Assembly: GCA_051889995.1 (NCBI GenBank)
Contig: JBJFDL010000001.1
Coordinates: 24,393 to 88,392, forward strand
Direction: 5' to 3'
DNA length: 64,000 nt
Source of the DNA: Christensenellales bacterium
GTDB lineage: Bacteria > Bacillota > Clostridia > Christensenellales > UBA1242
Under the pieces are notes generated by a model that made no database searches, was not told where the DNA came from, and was given only the letters and a program-made list of their open reading frames with translations. The position numbers and the translations under genes are program-made. Positions 57,993-64,000 of this stretch are shown one piece after another; within the stretch, counting starts at the first letter, position 1; each line of letters starts with the position of its first letter.

Positions 57993-59652
57993 AAATGTTT
58001 TTATTGGTGGGGCATGGCCGTATGCAAACAATTCACTTCATGTTGGTCATTTAGCTGCTCTTTTGCCGGGAGATGTTATTGCTAGATATTATAGGCAAAA
58101 TGGTGACAACGTAATTTATGTGTCTGGAACGGATTCTCATGGGACACCAATTACTGTTCGTGCAAAAAAAGAAGGAGTGACAGCAGAGAGCATTGCTCAA
58201 ACTTATCATAAAGAGTTTAAAAAGAATTTCGAGGATTTGGATTTTTCGTATGACTTATATACTTCCACAATGACACCATATCACGCTGATCTTGTTAAAA
58301 AATATTTGAAACAAATCAATGATAATGGGTATATCTATAAAAAAGATGAGATGCAAGACTATTGCCCAGACTGTGAAACTTTTTTGTCGGATAGGGAAAT
58401 TGTTGGTGTATGTCCTCATTGTGGCGGATTGGCGAAAGGAGACCAGTGTGATAGTTGTTTAGCAACACTTAATGCTAAAGATGTTTTAGATAAGAAATGT
58501 AGTGTTTGTCATTCTTCTACAATTCAAAAGCAAAATACTCATTTGTATTTTGCACTATCTAAATTTGAAGATAAACTAAAAGCCCTAATTTCATCAAGAC
58601 AAGGGCAGTGGAGATCAAACGCTATTAGCGAAACAAATAAATTTCTATCAACGGGATTATTGGATCGAGCGATCACGAGACAGTTGGATTGGGGAATAGA
58701 TGTTCCTTTTGATGGTTTTGATGATAAGAAAATTTATGTTTGGATTGAAGCTGTATTAGGATATTTAACAGCAGGGCATAAAGTTGCAGATGAAAAAGGA
58801 ATTGATTTTGATAAATTTATGACTGATCCAAATACTATAACATATTATTCTCATGGTAAAGACAACATTCCTTTCCACACATATATTTTCCCTTCATTAT
58901 TGATGGCTATAGATCCAAAGATTAAATTGCCAGATTATATTGTCTCTTGTGAATATGTTAATATGAATAATGAAAAGATGTCAAAGAGTAAAGGGAATTT
59001 AATTAGTGTTAATGAATTAACTGAATTGTTCCCAAAAGATTCTATAAGATATTATATGATAGCTAATGGTCCAGAAACAAAAGACATCAATTTTTCGTTA
59101 GATGATTTTGTCCAAGTCCATAATAAGTTTATGGTAGGGGTTTTTGGGAATTTTGTTAATAGAAATCTATCTTATATTAATAAGAAATTTGACGGAAATA
59201 TTCCAAATGGAGAAGTGTCTGCAAAAATCTGGGGATTAACTAAAGAAACATTCGCAAAGGTTGGAGATTTGATAGAACAAGGCAAATTGAGACAGGCTTT
59301 AGAAGTTGCGATGAACTATGTTAGTGCAGGGAATAAGTATTATGATGAACAGAAACCATGGGTTCAAGTCGTTGAAGATATTGAGGGCTTTAATAATACA
59401 ACATATAATTGTGTATATATGATTGCTAATATGGCTAATTTATTTGCACCATTTATGCCTGAAACTTGTGCAAAAATCAAGAAAAAATTGAATTTAAATG
59501 AAAAGGTTGAATGGAAAGAAACCCCTATAGGGCGTGATTTAAAGGTTCAGGATAATGATTTACTATTTGAAAGATTGCAACCGGTTATCAAGAATGAAGT
59601 GGCTCCTAAAAAAAAAGCTAAAACCGAGGAACCTTTAACATTCGGTTTATAA
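57985..59652 (+). CDS. metG: methionine--tRNA ligase, MetRS2-type (short form)
   Basis: GGAWPYAN.SLHVGH, SGTDSHG, four CxxC, YVWIEA, GKDNIPFH, KMSKS; no C-terminal tRNA-binding appendix. Confidence 0.93.
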   Translation: MNKNVFIGGAWPYANNSLHVGHLAALLPGDVIARYYRQNGDNVIYVSGTDSHGTPITVRAKKEGVTAESIAQTYHKEFKKNFEDLDFSYDLYTSTMTPYHADLVKKYLKQINDNGYIYKKDEMQDYCPDCETFLSDREIVGVCPHCGGLAKGDQCDSCLATLNAKDVLDKKCSVCHSSTIQKQNTHLYFALSKFEDKLKALISSRQGQWRSNAISETNKFLSTGLLDRAITRQLDWGIDVPFDGFDDKKIYVWIEAVLGYLTAGHKVADEKGIDFDKFMTDPNTITYYSHGKDNIPFHTYIFPSLLMAIDPKIKLPDYIVSCEYVNMNNEKMSKSKGNLISVNELTELFPKDSIRYYMIANGPETKDINFSLDDFVQVHNKFMVGVFGNFVNRNLSYINKKFDGNIPNGEVSAKIWGLTKETFAKVGDLIEQGKLRQALEVAMNYVSAGNKYYDEQKPWVQVVEDIEGFNNTTYNCVYMIANMANLFAPFMPETCAKIKKKLNLNEKVEWKETPIGRDLKVQDNDLLFERLQPVIKNEVAPKKKAKTEEPLTFGL

Positions 59653-59664
59653 TTATAATGAAAC

Positions 59665-59698
59665 AAAAAATAACGATTTGGTTTAATCGTTATTTTTT
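59665..59698. terminator. bidirectional terminator
   Basis: AAAAAATAACGATT-loop-AATCGTTATTTTTT between convergent genes. Confidence 0.85.
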
Positions 59699-60343
59699 AT
59701 TTTTGCTAACTAATCGCAATATTTGGTTTTTCATTTCGTCTAGGAATAAAGAGATGTGATAACCATCTATAAATGCGTGATGAATTGTAAATGCAATATT
59801 GATAAAGTACTTATCATTAACCAGTGTATATTTATCCCAGGTAATACGGGGTACAGTGTCTTTTAATTGATAATTGATAGCCGGATCAAATTGTGTAAAT
59901 TTAAACCATGGGATACATGATAGAAATACTACATTATCATTTATTTCTTTTGGATGTGGTGGAATTCTTTGTTCTTCAGTTTCAGTTTTTAGAGATATAA
60001 ATTCTTTTATGAATGTATCGAAGTCTCTGTTGAAGTGTATCCTTCTGGTAATGTCAGCATTGCCGCTTTGAGTAAGAGCTGTGAATTGACCGTTTATTTG
60101 TGAATAATCATAAATATGCCCGTTTTCATACCTAAGCCTAAAATTTTGTATATTGTTGCAGGTCGCGATTATAATATAAGACATTGTTGCATAAAATGAA
60201 GTATGAGTATCCTTACAAAATTTTACCAAATCTGTAATATCAGTTTCGGTAGTAATTGACCAAAAGGGTTTGTCAAATGAATTAAAAAAATTAAAAGGTA
60301 TTTTTCTACTCCATTTTTCTAGTTCTATTTCGATTCTTTCCAT
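59690..60343 (-). CDS. CatA-like (chloramphenicol acetyltransferase fold) acetyltransferase
   Basis: W.R...F..F, SCIPW..F, PRITWDKY, IHHAFIDGYH catalytic motif. Confidence 0.85.
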   Translation of the reverse strand: MERIEIELEKWSRKIPFNFFNSFDKPFWSITTETDITDLVKFCKDTHTSFYATMSYIIIATCNNIQNFRLRYENGHIYDYSQINGQFTALTQSGNADITRRIHFNRDFDTFIKEFISLKTETEEQRIPPHPKEINDNVVFLSCIPWFKFTQFDPAINYQLKDTVPRITWDKYTLVNDKYFINIAFTIHHAFIDGYHISLFLDEMKNQILRLVSKNKK

Positions 60344-61728
60344 ATGCTACTTTTTAAAGCTCCTTTTATATTAGACACTTCTGTATTTTGTTTAAATAAT
60401 CCATTTTTATATAAGCATTTTAAGAAGGCATCACCAGTCTTTGTAAAAACTTCTAATTCATCAAGATATTCGTTTCCCCAATTAGTGTTTGGTTTTAATC
60501 TGGAAAATGGTGAATCAAAAGCCATGCCAAATATGAGTTTCTTATACTTATCAAGATTTATAGTGTGCCCGTAAATTTTTGATTGTTCAATACGATTAAT
60601 ATTTGGATGTCTTACTAGAAAAATATTTACATCGTTTTGCTCCCTTTTTAAAAAGTTATAAGCGTCTTGAATTGTTTGTCCAGTTAATGCATTATCATCT
60701 AATAAGATATAATTATTTAAATTAATATTTTCTACTTGAGGTAAATCGGGTTTGGAATTATGGCGTGCTACGTACAGAGCGTTGTTATTCAAATTTATAA
60801 AAGATATTTTATCAATTGAATTATTTGTCAAGTTCGCTAATATGTATGGTAATTCAATCCCGCCATTCATAATACCAACAAACTTATAGTTATTAATAGG
60901 CTTGTTAAATTGTATTAAGCAGTGCATAATGGCCATATAGTTTTCAATATAACAATCCAGTTCGCGATGTATTTTAAATGCTTGTCTAACAATACTTTCA
61001 TCTAATAAATGTAAGTTTATTGTACTATATGTACAATCGTTTAGCACATTATTGATAAGATTAGATAATTTATTTATCTCTATTTTGTTTTTAAACAATG
61101 TATTATTCATAAGTTTGTGTAAATTTATCAAATAGTTAGAGAAATTAAGCATTTCATCATTTTTATTGGGTAAATTATAAAAATAATTCTTTCCACAATT
61201 TATTTTTGAAATAGATAAATTTAACATTAAAATTAGGAGTAATCTTAAATGATCGCATATTGCTAGATAAAATTTTTTATTTTCATCATTGATTGTCTTT
61301 ATTGACGGTAATGTTTCATTAAGAAGTTTAATAAATGAAGTAAGATTATTAATCCAATATGTTGCGTCTTTTGCTTTTGTTGGTTCAGATTTGTTTTTAG
61401 AACATACTAAATAATAGTATGCTAGCGGACCTCTGAGTAACTTTGAAAAATCTTTTTCCATTATATACATGTAAGATCCTTTGTATGTTGATTCAAAAAC
61501 AGACTTTAGTTTCGTGTTTTTTAATAGTTCCCACTCATAGTCTTCAAATTTGATTGCGCCTATTTCAAAATCATAAACATCGTTAATATTTTTTGCTTTT
61601 TTCCACGACATCTCAATTATTTGATTTATTTTATTAATTATCTCGCGTTTGTCAGCGTTTAGAGATGCTTCAATTTGGGCTAATTTATGAATATAATTAT
61701 TATCAAATTGTTTGGAAATGTTATCCAT
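60325..61728 (-). CDS. protein with C-terminal type I phosphoribosyltransferase-like domain
   Basis: VGIMNGGIELP and ILLDDNALTGQTI (PRPP-binding loop); AGGAGG RBS supports start 61728. Confidence 0.65.
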   Translation of the reverse strand: MDNISKQFDNNYIHKLAQIEASLNADKREIINKINQIIEMSWKKAKNINDVYDFEIGAIKFEDYEWELLKNTKLKSVFESTYKGSYMYIMEKDFSKLLRGPLAYYYLVCSKNKSEPTKAKDATYWINNLTSFIKLLNETLPSIKTINDENKKFYLAICDHLRLLLILMLNLSISKINCGKNYFYNLPNKNDEMLNFSNYLINLHKLMNNTLFKNKIEINKLSNLINNVLNDCTYSTINLHLLDESIVRQAFKIHRELDCYIENYMAIMHCLIQFNKPINNYKFVGIMNGGIELPYILANLTNNSIDKISFINLNNNALYVARHNSKPDLPQVENINLNNYILLDDNALTGQTIQDAYNFLKREQNDVNIFLVRHPNINRIEQSKIYGHTINLDKYKKLIFGMAFDSPFSRLKPNTNWGNEYLDELEVFTKTGDAFLKCLYKNGLFKQNTEVSNIKGALKSSIWKESK

Positions 61729-61729
61729 T

Positions 61730-62740
61730 TTATATCCTCCTAAAATATTTATTAAAATAAAAGATGAACTTTTTATATTGTTTTTTTGTACCGGCACTAA
61801 TTCTAATAAAGTTTGCACTTGTTCCGTCAAGTTCAAAAGAATATCTTATTAAAATGTGATACGAATCAAGGTAGGTTTTTAGTTCATGTAGGTTGATTTT
61901 ATCGTCTATAAATATATTTACAAAGGAAGAATTGATGTTCTTTATATTAATTATATATTTTTTGTAAACATGTTTTTCTAAATATGTAAAGTTGTTATAA
62001 ATCTTTGTTTTGATTTTATCTAATTTGTTAAAATACGGTAAAAATTCAATAGCAAATTTTTCTGTAAGATTGTTTGTTACAAATGGTATCTGAGTTAATT
62101 TTAGTTTGGTTATTAAATTTTCATTAGAAAACAATATGCCCATTCTTAAACCCGCAATGCCAAAAATTTTAGACATGGAGATGACGATTGATAGATTGTT
62201 GTATTTTTTGCAATATTGAAATAGAGATTTAGAATAAAAATCTTCAAATGTAAGCAATGTTTCGTCTATGATAAAATGGCAATTCGGATTTTTTTGTATA
62301 ATATTAATTAGTGATTGCTTGCTAAAATATTGCAATGTAGGATTATTGGTATTACAAAGATAAATTACATTACATTTTTTAGATAATTTATTTAGATTAT
62401 CTAAATCGGTTTCGTTATTATCGGTAAGTTGTAGGTGATTCCATTTTTTATAATTGTTTAAGTATAAAAAATGTTTAAACCCCCAAAAAGAAGGCGTAAT
62501 GATACCATAAGAAACATCGCCAAATGAATTAACTAATTTATTGAATAAATCCATAGATCCATTCCCAAACATGATGTAGGATTTATCTATAGCAAAGGTT
62601 TGAGATATTTGGGTTTCAATAAGCTCATTATTAATGGTAGGATAATCACTTATTATGTGCGTTTTATTTCTAAAAAAACTCAACATTTGCTTATTTGGAA
62701 GAAATGGGTTTTTATTTTCGTCAAGTTTTAATTGTTTCAT
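61730..62740 (-). CDS. class I/II PLP aminotransferase (HisC/CobD-like)
   Basis: LDENKN, YP, GNGS, NTNNPT, IIDE, SMSKIFGIAGLRMG, IRIS. Confidence 0.85.
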   Translation of the reverse strand: MKQLKLDENKNPFLPNKQMLSFFRNKTHIISDYPTINNELIETQISQTFAIDKSYIMFGNGSMDLFNKLVNSFGDVSYGIITPSFWGFKHFLYLNNYKKWNHLQLTDNNETDLDNLNKLSKKCNVIYLCNTNNPTLQYFSKQSLINIIQKNPNCHFIIDETLLTFEDFYSKSLFQYCKKYNNLSIVISMSKIFGIAGLRMGILFSNENLITKLKLTQIPFVTNNLTEKFAIEFLPYFNKLDKIKTKIYNNFTYLEKHVYKKYIINIKNINSSFVNIFIDDKINLHELKTYLDSYHILIRYSFELDGTSANFIRISAGTKKQYKKFIFYFNKYFRRI

Positions 62741-62856
62741 ATTTATATTATAGCAGAAGGAAAAGATAAAGTAAAGCATTAAAAGAATTATTGACTAATT
62801 TGGATAAATGTTATATACTGTAAATTATAATTTATTGATAATGGGGATTTAGTTAT

Positions 62857-63720
62857 ATGTATAACAAGTATAATGGTAATATGGTAACTGTAATGAGTTG
62901 TAGTGATTGTAATGTTTAGTGTAAACATTGTTACATTTCTTATAAGGGAAATTTCTCTGCACAAGAACTTAGTAAGATAGTTAATGATTTAAATAAAAAC
63001 TATATTGTGCGTATAAATGGAGCAGAACCATTAATACATCACGATTTTTTAGATGCATTCAGATTAAGTGGACAATATGGACCACTAACAAATGGACTTG
63101 TATTTAAAGATAATTTTGAATACTTAGACGAAATAAAAAAAATGGGAATGAGGGAGTTGTATATATCTTATCATTTTGATTTTCATGATAAGGTCTCTTT
63201 GGTTTCAAAGGACTATTTGGAATTTCTATTTAAAGAAATCAAGTTGAGGGGATTAAATTTTATCATAATGTGCACTCTTACGCGTGAGAATTATAACAGA
63301 ATTGAAGAATATTGTGATAAGGCTTATAAAATGGGGGCTTCTGAAATAAAATTTACTAATTTTTTAAAGCAGGGGAATGCAAATGCTATGGATAATAATT
63401 TGGTATTAAGAGAGTGCGATTTGAAAGATTTTTTCAAATTGCTTTATCAGGTAAGACAAAAATATAATAGAGATCAGTTTGAAATAAAACGTTGTGGCAG
63501 TTTTGGTCTGGAACGATATAGGGGAAAGAATAATTTTAAATGTGTAGCGGGTATTGATAATGTATGTATAACACCAGACAAAAAAGTATATCCATGTGTG
63601 TTTTTAGCAAAGCCTGGGAATGAAATCGGGTTTTATCAAAAAGGAGAGATTTATATTGAATCTAAGTTTTATAATAGCGGAAAAGAATGTATGGCTTTAA
63701 AAGCTTTAAATAATATTTAA
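62857..63720 (+). pseudogene. radical SAM (SPASM/twitch-type) gene interrupted by in-frame TAG at 62917-62919
   Basis: ATG 62857 reads MYNKYNGNMVTVMSCSDCNV*CKHCYIS in frame with the 63007 ORF; GAEP, TNG, ISYH, CVAG..CITPD..VYPC. Confidence 0.8.
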
Positions 63721-63816
63721 CAATTTTTTTATAAGTTAAGTTATATTCTTAAATGAATAACCTGCTATGTTTGAAACCCAAAAATATAATATAATTATGT
63801 GGAGTGTATTATCTTT

Positions 63817-64000
63817 ATGAAAACATTGAAAGCAGGGTGTTTTTTAGTAAACGTTGATACAAAAAGTATGGCTTTGGTATATAGAGCAAAGCAAAATGAC
63901 TATTCTTTTCCTAAAGGACATAAAGAAGATGATGAAACATTAGAACAATGTGCTATTAGGGAAACGGCCGAAGAGACAAGGAGAGTTGCTGAAATAGTAA
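63817..64000 (+). CDS. Nudix hydrolase, 3'-truncated by window edge
   Basis: MKTLKAGCF...FPKGHKEDDETLEQCAIRETAEET matches the Nudix box GX5EX7REUXEE. Confidence 0.88.
   Translation, partial: MKTLKAGCFLVNVDTKSMALVYRAKQNDYSFPKGHKEDDETLEQCAIRETAEETRRVAEIV

Larger units (their letters stand above)
51045..64000. mobile_element. putative genomic island downstream of tRNA-Lys (right end outside window)
   Basis: switch from core to accessory genes right after a tRNA 3' end; hairpin/repeat DNA at the junction; XRE repressors and SLOG gene; no integrase inside the window. Confidence 0.6.

Noticed and set aside
59690..60343. confirmed chloramphenicol resistance gene cat
   Set aside because: Fold and HHxxxDG motif are clear, but substrate cannot be inferred by eye; the operon context suggests another role, so no symbol was assigned.
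61730..62740. hisC or cobD assignment
   Set aside because: Divergent sequence and no his/cob neighbours; only the family is supportable.
62917..62919. genome-wide TAG reassignment
   Set aside because: TAG terminates glyQS, the DUF1015 gene, mcsA and aspS at their expected C-termini.

Overview
Low-GC, spore-forming Firmicutes (Clostridia-like) chromosome segment. Bases 1-51044 are mostly core genes: ftsK/spoIIIE-rimO-pgsA-recA, a class A PBP, miaB-mutS-mutL-miaA-cmk, plsC-gmk, glyQS, nfeD/SPFH, leuS, mscS, polA, rpsT/gpr, ctsR-mcsA-clpC, rarA, tsaE-tsaB/rimI, murF-ddl, recX-acpS-mazEF, aspS-trpS-argS and four tRNAs. Directly after tRNA-Lys(CTT) an accessory island begins, running to the window end. 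It has att-like hairpin/repeat DNA, two paralogous XRE repressors and a SLOG protein. Next is a coupled operon: XRE-sensor, Rel-like HD/pseudo-synthetase/TGS protein, PLP decarboxylase and Pol-beta nucleotidyltransferase. It continues with HAD nucleotidase + MetRS2-type synthetase, an opposite-strand aminotransferase/PRTase/CAT-like acetyltransferase operon, a radical SAM gene with an amber codon inside its CxxxCxxC motif, and a Nudix hydrolase. This nucleotide-centred island is the best candidate for an undescribed system (alarmone-linked regulation and/or nucleoside-metabolite biosynthesis with a possible resistance synthetase). Core-region oddities: many apparently leaderless genes, LeuRS with KMGKR, MiaB without TRAM, Gmk with a degenerate ParB/Srx-like tail, and a ctsR operon lacking mcsB. 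All calls come from motif recognition by eye; no searches were run.
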